IMG/VR virus record: IMGVR_UViG_3300020727_000041
Location: 1-37,036 of that record
Source of the DNA: a virus
Lineage: Duplodnaviria; Caudoviricetes
Length of the DNA stretch: 37,036 nucleotides
Reading direction: 5' to 3' (one strand)
Positions 28,441 through 36,095 of this stretch are shown here, one piece after another (the first letter of the stretch is position 1; every line of letters begins with the position of its first letter). The notes below the pieces were generated by a model that saw nothing but the letters and a program-made list of their open reading frames with translations, was not told where the DNA came from and ran no database searches. A program made the position numbers and the translations under genes.

Positions 28441-28631
28441 ACAGAAACGGAAACAAACTAACGCCTGCAGATGCAGCACTTATCCTGGCAGAACTGGATA
28501 GAATTGCAGAACTTGAGGCACAGATACCGCTACGCAAGATAGAACTAGCCAAGAGATTTAATGTAAGCCAGAGCACTCTCACTAAGATTCGCAATGGCAC
28601 CACATGGGGCTGGCTAAGGGAGCAGAAATGA
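28437..28631 (+). CDS. small HTH DNA-binding protein
   Basis: 64 aa; LAKRFNVSQSTLTKIRNGTTW. Confidence 0.8.
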   Translation: MNRNGNKLTPADAALILAELDRIAELEAQIPLRKIELAKRFNVSQSTLTKIRNGTTWGWLREQK

Positions 28632-29392
28632 ATGAGCCAATAGTATTCGTAGCCATCCTGGCCAAGCAGAAGGAAGCAATGCTCCCTGCCTGGCTGGAAT
28701 CGCTGAGCCAATGGGATTACCCAAAGGACAAGATGATTCTCTGGGTACGCAGTAACAACAACACAGATGGCACTGAGGCTATCTTGCGCAAATGGGTTGA
28801 AGAGAATGGCAAGTGGTATCGCTTTGTCATTGAAGACTATAAGAACATTGACGCACCAGTGCAGGAGTATGGCGTACATGAATGGAATCCTGTGCGCTTT
28901 AAGGCGCTCGGTGCCCTACGTGAGGCCAGTGTTGAGGCTGCTTGGTATGCAGAGGCAGACTTCTACTGGGTTGTGGATGTAGATAACTTCGTCAAACCAC
29001 ATACGCTACGCACAATGGTAAGTTACAACCTGCCAGTGGTGGCACCAATGCTGGGCAGTGCAGACCCAGAGCAACCTGCTTACTCTAACTATCATCTCCT
29101 CGCCAATGTGCGAGGCTACTTCCTTGATGACATCCGCTACTACCAGGTACTCAAGCAAGAGATTAAAGGCTTGATAGTCTGTGATGTGGTGCACTGTACC
29201 TATCTCATTCGCAAAGATATTCTCACCAAGATTCTCTATGTGGATGGCACTGATGACTACGAGTATGTCATCTTCAGTCGCAACCTACGCAACCTGGGCA
29301 TCCCGCAGTACCTGGACAACCAGGAAATCTTTGGCTATCTCTCAACGCGTGAGAACCTTAAGGCAATTCAGGAGAAGATGAATGGCAATTAA
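28628..29392 (+). CDS. GT-A glycosyltransferase resembling the N-terminal domain of procollagen galactosyltransferase (COLGALT1-like)
   Basis: Start ATG 28628 (ATGA overlap); VFVAILAK, DYPK, NNNTDGTEAILRKW, DVDN, PVVAPML, YSNY, VHCTYLI. Confidence 0.8.
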   Translation: MNEPIVFVAILAKQKEAMLPAWLESLSQWDYPKDKMILWVRSNNNTDGTEAILRKWVEENGKWYRFVIEDYKNIDAPVQEYGVHEWNPVRFKALGALREASVEAAWYAEADFYWVVDVDNFVKPHTLRTMVSYNLPVVAPMLGSADPEQPAYSNYHLLANVRGYFLDDIRYYQVLKQEIKGLIVCDVVHCTYLIRKDILTKILYVDGTDDYEYVIFSRNLRNLGIPQYLDNQEIFGYLSTRENLKAIQEKMNGN

Positions 29393-29678
29393 GCCAACGG
29401 AATTAAAGAAGTTGGTGGCGCTCCTAGATGAGGAAGCGCCATCGGCTGAGTGGTTAGCCAAAGCAGTATGGGAATTGGTAGAAGAACTGATGGCGCAACG
29501 CACGCAGTATGTTGTCTACGCCATCCACCCAAGCCTCAATATCGTGCAGGCAGTTGGCCCATATGCAACAAAAGATAAACTGTTAAAAGATTATTCAAAG
29601 CGTATTCATGCTTACGACAAGCACTCTCGTGCTATCATTGCAGAGTTAAAGCATCCAAGTGTGATAACAAAGGATTAA
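29382..29678 (+). CDS. hypothetical protein
   Basis: 98 aa, AGGAG RBS, VGPYATK motif; last gene of the plus operon. Confidence 0.75.
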   Translation: MAIKPTELKKLVALLDEEAPSAEWLAKAVWELVEELMAQRTQYVVYAIHPSLNIVQAVGPYATKDKLLKDYSKRIHAYDKHSRAIIAELKHPSVITKD

Positions 29679-29787
29679 CACGGAGTCCGTCCTTTCACCG
29701 TGTTAATGGGCCAGTCTCCTCAGACCTTCCACTGAGTTGTAGCGGCAAGACAAAAGCCTCGGCGTAAAAACCGAGGCTTTATCTTTT
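29674..29787 (+). ncRNA. candidate 3'-UTR small RNA with anti-Shine-Dalgarno loops
   Basis: ATTAACACGG/CCGTGTTAAT stem (loop AGTCCGTCCTTTCA), CTCAG/CTGAG stem (loop ACCTTCCA), then a terminator. Confidence 0.5.
29752..29787. terminator. bidirectional Rho-independent terminator
   Basis: AAAAGCCTCGG-CGTAAAAA-CCGAGGCTTTATCTTTT between convergent operons. Confidence 0.9.
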
Positions 29788-29804
29788 AGGTACTTCCCCT
29801 ATAC

Positions 29805-30461
29805 CTAAATCTGGTGTAGTCCGCCTGCAGTATCCTTATAAAATCCATAACCTGTTGGCGTTAGTGTGAATGGTGTAGGCACAGCCTCAATGAATGAGTA
29901 TGGAGCCTTGCCATTGACATCATAGAACGATGGGAATGTCCAATTGGGTGCAATAACATCCTTGCCATCACGTGAGACAATTCTGTAGAGCAAGCCACGA
30001 ACATGGTCTGCTGGCTCTAGCAACCAGGTACGGCCCTTGCTATCTGGCTTAGATAGGTTGGTAATAGTTGGGTCAACCAACATCTCAATGACTTCATGGA
30101 AGACAACTGTTGCCGTGCCCTGCTCGTATCTATCTTTAGATAGCACAAGATTCTTGTAAGAGATGCCCTTACGGAACTTACCCAGCGGTGCATTACGGAA
30201 TGACCCGCCTAAGATGTAGGCAATAGGCTGACCGTTCAACACTTCATGGTAGCCGTAGGCTTGCAACGACTGTGGGAAATGGTCCACAACACAGACGTTC
30301 CAACCATTGGCTGAGCGTGTGTTAGATGAAACAACAACTGTCTCTTCTAGGTTCCACGCCTGCACTACTTGATTAACAAAGATGCCCAGTGCCGAGCCAA
30401 TACTGGCAAAGTCTGGCGCTGCTAAATACTTTGACTCATTAACAAATGTAATCGTTCTCAT
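29805..30461 (-). CDS. putative zinc metalloprotein / peptidase-like protein
   Basis: Start moved to ATG 30461; GYH...HEVIEMLVDP...EPAD...NWTFPSFY. Confidence 0.7.
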   Translation of the reverse strand: MRTITFVNESKYLAAPDFASIGSALGIFVNQVVQAWNLEETVVVSSNTRSANGWNVCVVDHFPQSLQAYGYHEVLNGQPIAYILGGSFRNAPLGKFRKGISYKNLVLSKDRYEQGTATVVFHEVIEMLVDPTITNLSKPDSKGRTWLLEPADHVRGLLYRIVSRDGKDVIAPNWTFPSFYDVNGKAPYSFIEAVPTPFTLTPTGYGFYKDTAGGLHQI

Positions 30462-30462
30462 C

Positions 30463-30639
30463 TTACCGCCTCGCATTATCTGTTGAATAGAAACCTGACG
30501 CATTAAAACTTACTCCTGGCACTGTATACATACGCCCCATCGTTTGATTACAGCATACAGGATTGTCCGCCTCAGCGTGGATGCTACGCTCCACAGTCTG
30601 CTCGCCACCACAGATTACACAACGATAGTCATACTGCAT
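30463..30639 (-). CDS. FmdB-like zinc-ribbon protein, not in ORF track
   Basis: 58 aa; MQYDYRCVICG...CC...M.R.Y.......F..SGFYSTD. Confidence 0.85.
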   Translation of the reverse strand: MQYDYRCVICGGEQTVERSIHAEADNPVCCNQTMGRMYTVPGVSFNASGFYSTDNARR

Positions 30640-30769
30640 CTTTACTCCGAAACTCTATAGAAAAGAACCAACAAATAAATAAAATATGAAACTCTTTATA
30701 GTACGGGTCAAAGTCAATACCAAAGCCCCATAACGTACCAATACCTGTAAAGAACTTAGGCTTGAGCAT
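30629..30769 (-). CDS. 46-aa hydrophobic microprotein, not in ORF track
   Basis: AGGGGG RBS; MLKPKFFTGIGTLWGFGIDF...ILFICWFF. Confidence 0.6.
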   Translation of the reverse strand: MLKPKFFTGIGTLWGFGIDFDPYYKEFHILFICWFFSIEFRSKDAV

Positions 30770-30884
30770 GGTCGCCCCCTATCGGACACTTATCTACACA
30801 ATTCCACACTAACTCCATGTAGGCCTTGCCTTCAACCTTACGTATCTCAGTATAGCAATCGGCATCATGGATAGGTTCTTTCAT
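30756..30884 (-). CDS. 42-aa Cys/His microprotein, not in ORF track
   Basis: ATGA overlap with the sigma gene; H...C...WNCVDKCP. Confidence 0.6.
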   Translation of the reverse strand: MKEPIHDADCYTEIRKVEGKAYMELVWNCVDKCPIGGDHAQA

Positions 30885-31510
30885 TCTTCGTCCTTGCCAA
30901 ATGGATTAGGCCCACCCAATGACTCCGACAGGCGCCTAATGGCGCCATCTACCTTGCGGTTGGCCGTGGTATCTGATACAGACATAGCCTCAGCCATTTC
31001 CTTATAAGATAGTTGGTCGAAGAATCTTAGTCGTAGTACCTTACGGTCCTCCTCCGACAGGCGGAGCAAGCAACGACGAATATCAAACAACTGGATAACA
31101 TAGTTGCCACCCTCGGCAGGGTTGCCCATGTTCGATACCTTCTCAGCCTCAATGGGTGAGGTAGTCTCGACATCTTCATTGAGTGCATAGGGCAGCAAGT
31201 CCTCGATGGTGGCACTGTCGTAGTACTGCTCATCTCGAATCTCATAGCCCAACTTCTGTGCCTTGATGCGGCGACAGTACTTATCAGCGTGGCGAGTAAG
31301 CGTCTTGCCTAACTTCTTTACACCCATCTTGTACTCGTCAGTACCTGGCTCATGGTCAAGCCACTCAGCAATCTTATCCTGGCGACGCAGAATCCACACA
31401 GTTAATTCTTGGACTACATCCTGCACATCAAAGTATGTATGGTATCTACGATGTACCTTGCGGGCTACGACAATAGCAATCTCGTGCAAGTCTTCAAAGG
31501 TTGCGCTCAT
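30881..31510 (-). CDS. phage RNA polymerase sigma factor (ECF/SigK-like)
   Basis: 209 aa; region 2-like DVQDVVQELTVW; region 4 LSEEDRKVLRLRFFDQLSYKEMAEAMSVS. Confidence 0.88.
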   Translation of the reverse strand: MSATFEDLHEIAIVVARKVHRRYHTYFDVQDVVQELTVWILRRQDKIAEWLDHEPGTDEYKMGVKKLGKTLTRHADKYCRRIKAQKLGYEIRDEQYYDSATIEDLLPYALNEDVETTSPIEAEKVSNMGNPAEGGNYVIQLFDIRRCLLRLSEEDRKVLRLRFFDQLSYKEMAEAMSVSDTTANRKVDGAIRRLSESLGGPNPFGKDEE

Positions 31511-31803
31511 TGCTGCCTCATCAAATACGCCATAAGTTTCACGAGAATATTCTTGCCTTCAAAATAACCCAGGCGAGTATTGCAATTCATGCACAACAAT
31601 CCTCTCACCTGCATAGTCTCATGGTTATGGTCAACTGCCAATGCGTGTAGTTTACCATCTTTGGTGAGATTCTCAGGCTTTTCGCAGATGGCGCAGACGC
31701 CATTCTGCTTGGCAAAGATAGCCTCGTACTCTTCAACAGTAATCTTGTAGCGAGTCTTGTAGTTGTGCCTACGCTTTGCCTCGTAAGGTATCTTCTTAGT
31801 CAT
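31507..31803 (-). CDS. endonuclease VII family protein
   Basis: QNGVCAIC, VDHNH...VRGLLCMNCN. Confidence 0.9.
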   Translation of the reverse strand: MTKKIPYEAKRRHNYKTRYKITVEEYEAIFAKQNGVCAICEKPENLTKDGKLHALAVDHNHETMQVRGLLCMNCNTRLGYFEGKNILVKLMAYLMRQQ

Positions 31804-31949
31804 TAGGATGCGCTCTTATCTCCGCTTAGGATTCGCAAGGCCCAGTCAAGCCCAGCGTTAAAGCCTTCCATCCAATCAAAGTCTTTAGACTCCAATGGAA
31901 CGCTTGTCTTAGCCGCCTCAATCTTGTCCTTAACTTTGTTCAGGTCCAT
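31803..31949 (-). CDS. 48-aa microprotein, not in ORF track
   Basis: TAATG overlaps at both ends; GFNAGLDWALRIL. Confidence 0.7.
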   Translation of the reverse strand: MDLNKVKDKIEAAKTSVPLESKDFDWMEGFNAGLDWALRILSGDKSAS

Positions 31950-32326
31950 TACTTCGGCCACTTACCTCGCTGAACCATGAGTGCAATGACAGCATAATTA
32001 GCCATGTCCTTAAATGAATCCTCAACAGGCTCGTGTTTAGGAACCGAGCCATTGCGATAAAGATTTTTAAGACGCTCAAACTTATCGCCAATACGCACAA
32101 GCAGGCCATTAATAGGACCGCCAAAGGCATTGTTAATATTGCCAGGACCATAGTCCATCTGCTTCGAGATAAGGAGGTTGCCGATTTCATCCATTATTTC
32201 CCAGACAGCGGACGCGAATTCGGTATCTGAACCAACAACTGGTTGCTTGTCTTGTCCAAAGAGATAACTTTCAGCCCAATTGACTGAATCAATTTGATTG
32301 CTAATTCGATGTCCTCGCTCATTCAT
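31949..32326 (-). CDS. nucleotide modification associated domain 1 (Nmad1/DUF1599-like)
   Basis: KQMDYG, GLLVRIGDKFERL, EDSFKDMANYAVI; start taken at the ATG best spaced from GAGGAG. Confidence 0.82.
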   Translation of the reverse strand: MNERGHRISNQIDSVNWAESYLFGQDKQPVVGSDTEFASAVWEIMDEIGNLLISKQMDYGPGNINNAFGGPINGLLVRIGDKFERLKNLYRNGSVPKHEPVEDSFKDMANYAVIALMVQRGKWPK

Positions 32327-32519
32327 CATCATTCTCCTCTGGTGCAAACACACCTGCGTAGTAATAGGACTTGTCTTCGTAATTCAATATGTATCTGTGC
32401 AGAAAAATACCATCTTTGCTTTTCTCCTGCAGGTCAATCTCATCTAATACCCAGAGCATCTCAGGCACTGGCGAGCCATCCTTTGGCCCATACATAAACG
32501 TTGGGTATCTAGTTGCCAC
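32319..32519 (-). CDS. hypothetical protein
   Basis: 66 aa, GPKDG motif, overlapping neighbours. Confidence 0.65.
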   Translation of the reverse strand: MATRYPTFMYGPKDGSPVPEMLWVLDEIDLQEKSKDGIFLHRYILNYEDKSYYYAGVFAPEENDDE

Positions 32520-32886
32520 GCTGAATCTCGATTAAATCATTAATGGTAATCAAGAATCCCTTGCTTGGATTTGGTTCAATTTTATTGCTGATGGGTCTGC
32601 CATACTTATCAATGGCTTTCTTCAAGTCATCTGTTGATACGATGATGACCAAGCCTTCAAGAACAAATGCCCATCTATCTGCCTTTGTCTTCATCAAACC
32701 AGACTCAACCCAGTTGTAGGTAGAGCGAGAATAGAATGCTGTCTCAATGTAGATGTTGCCAGTCTCAACCCAGCGCCTGTCTCGCTTGACCTCGACAGTT
32801 ACACCGCCAGTGAGAATCTCACGGACGAGGACTTCACCTTCTCGGCCATAGGCAAAATCTAAATCAAAATCTGATAAGTCACCCAA
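32509..32886 (-). CDS. PD-(D/E)XK-like nuclease fold protein
   Basis: 125 aa; G.EGE, VEVKRD, TGNIYIE, SGL..TKAD.W. Confidence 0.7.
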   Translation of the reverse strand: MGDLSDFDLDFAYGREGEVLVREILTGGVTVEVKRDRRWVETGNIYIETAFYSRSTYNWVESGLMKTKADRWAFVLEGLVIIVSTDDLKKAIDKYGRPISNKIEPNPSKGFLITINDLIEIQRGN

Positions 32887-33211
32887 CTTGTTCAGCCTCT
32901 TCTTCTATCTCTCGCAAGATGTACTGGACTATCTCTGGGTTTTCCTTGAGCATATCTACCACGTGATAGCCAACGATGTCGCAAACTTCTTCAACATCAA
33001 AGCGCTTACGCATAGACATTGGTGTCTCAAAGATAATGGCATGAGTAATCTCGTGCATAAAGACACGAACCAGTTTATCCTCTGGTAAATCAGGGCGTAA
33101 TTCAATGGTATTAATTTCAGATGTGGTGAGGCCATATGAATCTTTATCTTCAAGGGTGTACTTAATCTTATATTTCTGCCCAAAGATTTTGATGGAGGTA
33201 GGCCGCTTCAT
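32879..33211 (-). CDS. HEXXH metallopeptidase-like protein
   Basis: 110 aa; YG.T...I.L, FMHEITHAI, EE. Confidence 0.78.
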   Translation of the reverse strand: MKRPTSIKIFGQKYKIKYTLEDKDSYGLTTSEINTIELRPDLPEDKLVRVFMHEITHAIIFETPMSMRKRFDVEEVCDIVGYHVVDMLKENPEIVQYILREIEEEAEQVG

Positions 33212-33843
33212 GCCGCTAGTCGTTCCTCAAACCATGAATTACCATGCTGTAAGTATACCTCATTCACGTCCGTATTGTCGGGTAAGTGAATGATTTCGGC
33301 TTTGTCTAAATCTTCCTTGATTCTCTTGGCAAGTTCCTGCCCAGGATTACGTCCATCCTCTTTAACATCGTTGTCTGCGAAGATAAGTATGCGCGAGTAC
33401 GACTCGAATAACTTAGGAAACCAGGGTTTCCATTGAGATACACCAGCCACCCCAACGCTAGGTATGCCTGCGCAACCCGATAGGATAATGGTATCAATCT
33501 CGCCCTCGCATATGGCAATCGTATCGCTCTGCTTATGCAAATCATTAACATTAAACAGGCCAATCTTTTGACCCGTAGGCCAAAGATACTTTGGGGTACC
33601 TTCATCTAATCTCCTAAACTTGATACCCACCACACCAGCGGGAGTACGATAAGGGATGGAGAGCATACCTTCAGCAAGTTCATGGCCAGCACTAGGCTCC
33701 ACGACGCTTCCAAGAAGGAACGTACGGCTTACTTCCTGACTGATGCCTCGTGCCTCTAGGTAAGAGGCTGCCCGTGGCGTTAGATTGTTGGAGTACCTTT
33801 CGGCTGCTTCCGTGAGCAATAGCCTCTGCTTTTCGTTTAGCAT
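33208..33843 (-). CDS. DNA primase, catalytic TOPRIM part
   Basis: YLEARGI, IKFR, PKY, CEGEID, FADND, DVNE. Confidence 0.92.
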   Translation of the reverse strand: MLNEKQRLLLTEAAERYSNNLTPRAASYLEARGISQEVSRTFLLGSVVEPSAGHELAEGMLSIPYRTPAGVVGIKFRRLDEGTPKYLWPTGQKIGLFNVNDLHKQSDTIAICEGEIDTIILSGCAGIPSVGVAGVSQWKPWFPKLFESYSRILIFADNDVKEDGRNPGQELAKRIKEDLDKAEIIHLPDNTDVNEVYLQHGNSWFEERLAA

Positions 33844-34060
33844 CTTTGAAATCCAATCCTTCCTTTGCTTGCACTAATGTGTATACATCTCCGAGCACCT
33901 GACAGACGAGACAGTTATATGCCTGGTTATCAAGGTTATACGCTGCGCTGCTGTGGGTATCATCATGGATGACACACTTGCAGGCTATCCACCCATGCTT
34001 GTCTATGACTGTCAGGCCATAATGCTCAAGCACTGCGCCAAGGTCAGGCTTAGATACCAC
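33692..34060 (-). CDS. DNA primase, CHC2 zinc-finger part
   Basis: CVIHDD...YNCLVC...GDVYTLV..KEG..F; overlaps the TOPRIM ORF by 152 nt. Confidence 0.88.
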   Translation of the reverse strand: MVSKPDLGAVLEHYGLTVIDKHGWIACKCVIHDDTHSSAAYNLDNQAYNCLVCQVLGDVYTLVQAKEGLDFKDAKRKAEAIAHGSSRKVLQQSNATGSLLPRGTRHQSGSKPYVPSWKRRGA

Positions 34061-34406
34061 CTTGTACTCTCAACCACTGGTCTAAATCTTGGATGACCCA
34101 TGACTGTTCAAGCCCTGCCATACGGCGTTTGACGATGACATAGGCAGGTGGCACAGCATCTAGGTTGCGTGCCTTGGCGTAGTTAAAGGCTTCAGTTGTA
34201 GCCTCGCGCCAGAACTGTGGCAGGTCCATCTTGGCCGTTGCCTTCAACTCAAAGATATACGGTTGGCCTGCAACAATGCATACGACGTCACCCTCATCGT
34301 CTTTGCCTGCCAACCGTAATCTCTCTGCATTCACCCCTTTAGAGCGAAACCATTTGAGGATGCCTGTCTCAAACAAAGCACCTTTGCGCTTATTCGCTGC
34401 GCTCAT
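34050..34406 (-). CDS. Holliday junction resolvase (Hjc-like)
   Basis: NKRKGALFE, DEGD, FELK. Confidence 0.85.
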   Translation of the reverse strand: MSAANKRKGALFETGILKWFRSKGVNAERLRLAGKDDEGDVVCIVAGQPYIFELKATAKMDLPQFWREATTEAFNYAKARNLDAVPPAYVIVKRRMAGLEQSWVIQDLDQWLRVQGGI

Positions 34407-34881
34407 ACATAAACTCCTCTACTGGTACACGCCATCCATTAATAGATTCGTCACGGTACTTATCATTCATAAAGTGACGTGGAGTAATAGAACCATAAAC
34501 CTCAACTTTGGTGTAGTACTCTTCATCTAAAATCTTTGTACCAATAATCAACTTGTTAATATCTTTAAGCCAAAAAGGAATTGCTAAGCGAGTACGAATT
34601 GTGCGAACTTCACCCAACTCGCCAACATCTGACAGATTTTTTCTTTGTGGGTGCAACGCATTTGGATACCAAGGCACTGACCATGTTGTGTTGTATCTCT
34701 TTGCTGCTGCCCATTCAGACACATTAGCCCTTACGCTGGCCAGTAGGTCATGCTCAAGCCATCCCGATACTTTGCCTTCAGCATAGTTAGGTTGGTCAGC
34801 AGAGCCAAACTTAGTTAACCAACGCTCAACTGCAAGTTGGGTGCAGACGCGAACCTCATCTTTGTTAAGTTCAACTATCAT
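34390..34881 (-). CDS. hypothetical protein, possible PD-(D/E)XK fold
   Basis: Start moved to ATG 34881 (ATGA overlap, GGAG RBS); SEWAAAK, SDVG..GEVRT. Confidence 0.65.
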   Translation of the reverse strand: MIVELNKDEVRVCTQLAVERWLTKFGSADQPNYAEGKVSGWLEHDLLASVRANVSEWAAAKRYNTTWSVPWYPNALHPQRKNLSDVGELGEVRTIRTRLAIPFWLKDINKLIIGTKILDEEYYTKVEVYGSITPRHFMNDKYRDESINGWRVPVEEFMYERSE

Positions 34882-35705
34882 TGCACGCTTCTCCAACTCT
34901 CGGCTATCTGGTAGCCCTGCCTATCGGAATACATGCTCATTCTACTGGCGTCAGCCCACAAAGTTACGAAGTGGTCCCCAGTTGCAGAGTGTCGTGCGAA
35001 TCTATTCTTAACTGCAGCAACCCTGAACTCACCTGAGTGTGGCACCAATGCCACAGTAAGAATCATTTCGGGTAGTTGTGCAATCTTGCCTTGGATAGCC
35101 TTACGGCTAGGTGGCATATCGGCTTTACCTTCAGCCTCTGAAGTGTGATGCAGAAGTAGAACAGCAGCATCAGTTTCACGAGCAATGTGGTGCATAGCCT
35201 TGGCAATCTCACGAAGGCCAGACCATTCATCACCCTGCATAGAGACAACGTTCATTGCGTTGTCCACGATAATCATATGGGGATACTCACCATATGCCTC
35301 GCCGTAGGCTCGGATTGCTAAGTCAATCTCGTCAAGTGTTGGGCTTGGTGCGAAATCAAATTGCAGATGGCTGATGCTTGCTAGTTCTTGTGTGTAGAAA
35401 TCTTTCCCCATCCCAGTAAGAAAGGCTTCTTCAACGGTAGACACTTGGTGTCCTGTTGCCATGGCTGATGCACGGATGGCAGTGGTGTACGCATCTGTAT
35501 CAGCACTGATATAGAGCGTAGGTACTTTCATCTGCACTGCAAGCCATAAGGCGATAAGTGATTTGCCAGCATTTGGTTGCCCAGCAATCATAGTCAATTG
35601 TCCTCTGCGAAAACGTATCCCTTCGCTTTGCAACGAAGGGAAAACGTCTGGCAGTATCTGAAAGTCGTGACTGCTATTGGCTGCTGCTTGGGTGAGCGAC
35701 AGCAT
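34878..35705 (-). CDS. DnaB-like (SF4) helicase, ATPase domain only
   Basis: AGQPNAGKS, IIVDN, LLHHTSE, VKNRF. Confidence 0.88.
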   Translation of the reverse strand: MLSLTQAAANSSHDFQILPDVFPSLQSEGIRFRRGQLTMIAGQPNAGKSLIALWLAVQMKVPTLYISADTDAYTTAIRASAMATGHQVSTVEEAFLTGMGKDFYTQELASISHLQFDFAPSPTLDEIDLAIRAYGEAYGEYPHMIIVDNAMNVVSMQGDEWSGLREIAKAMHHIARETDAAVLLLHHTSEAEGKADMPPSRKAIQGKIAQLPEMILTVALVPHSGEFRVAAVKNRFARHSATGDHFVTLWADASRMSMYSDRQGYQIAESWRSVQ

Positions 35706-35713
35706 GAGTTACC

Positions 35714-36085
35714 TTAGCGAAGGAACTTAGGAGCGCACTGGTCTGGTGTGCCTTGTGGAGATGGGCAGAACCAGCCCTTCCACTCCTTGGCAGCACCTGG
35801 CTTGCTGGTGCGATAGACCAACTTACCGTGCTTACAATGTCCTTCTTCAATGACTGATGACTGTGCTGGTGCTGCTACTGGTGTAGCGCCAAGGCCCTGT
35901 GCTAATGCACGGGCTGCGCCTGCTGATGAGAGTGATGCAGATACTGAGTTAATCAGTGCTGCTGTGTCCTGAATGGTAGACAGGCTACCCTCAAGTTCTG
36001 CACTATCTGCTGCGTAAATGTTAACCAATGTTCCATCAGACAACTTAAAGTTGACTTGGAACTTTGTGTTTTCGTTTGCTGCCAT
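35714..36085 (-). CDS. conserved replication-cluster protein with C-terminal zinc-binding motif
   Basis: 123 aa; AAGGAG RBS; CKHG...WKGWFC.......QC. Confidence 0.75.
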   Translation of the reverse strand: MAANENTKFQVNFKLSDGTLVNIYAADSAELEGSLSTIQDTAALINSVSASLSSAGAARALAQGLGATPVAAPAQSSVIEEGHCKHGKLVYRTSKPGAAKEWKGWFCPSPQGTPDQCAPKFLR

Positions 36086-36095
36086 TTGTTTCTCC

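Noticed and set aside
28352-28879. 175-aa minus-strand ORF
   Set aside because: Antisense to three well-supported coupled plus-strand genes
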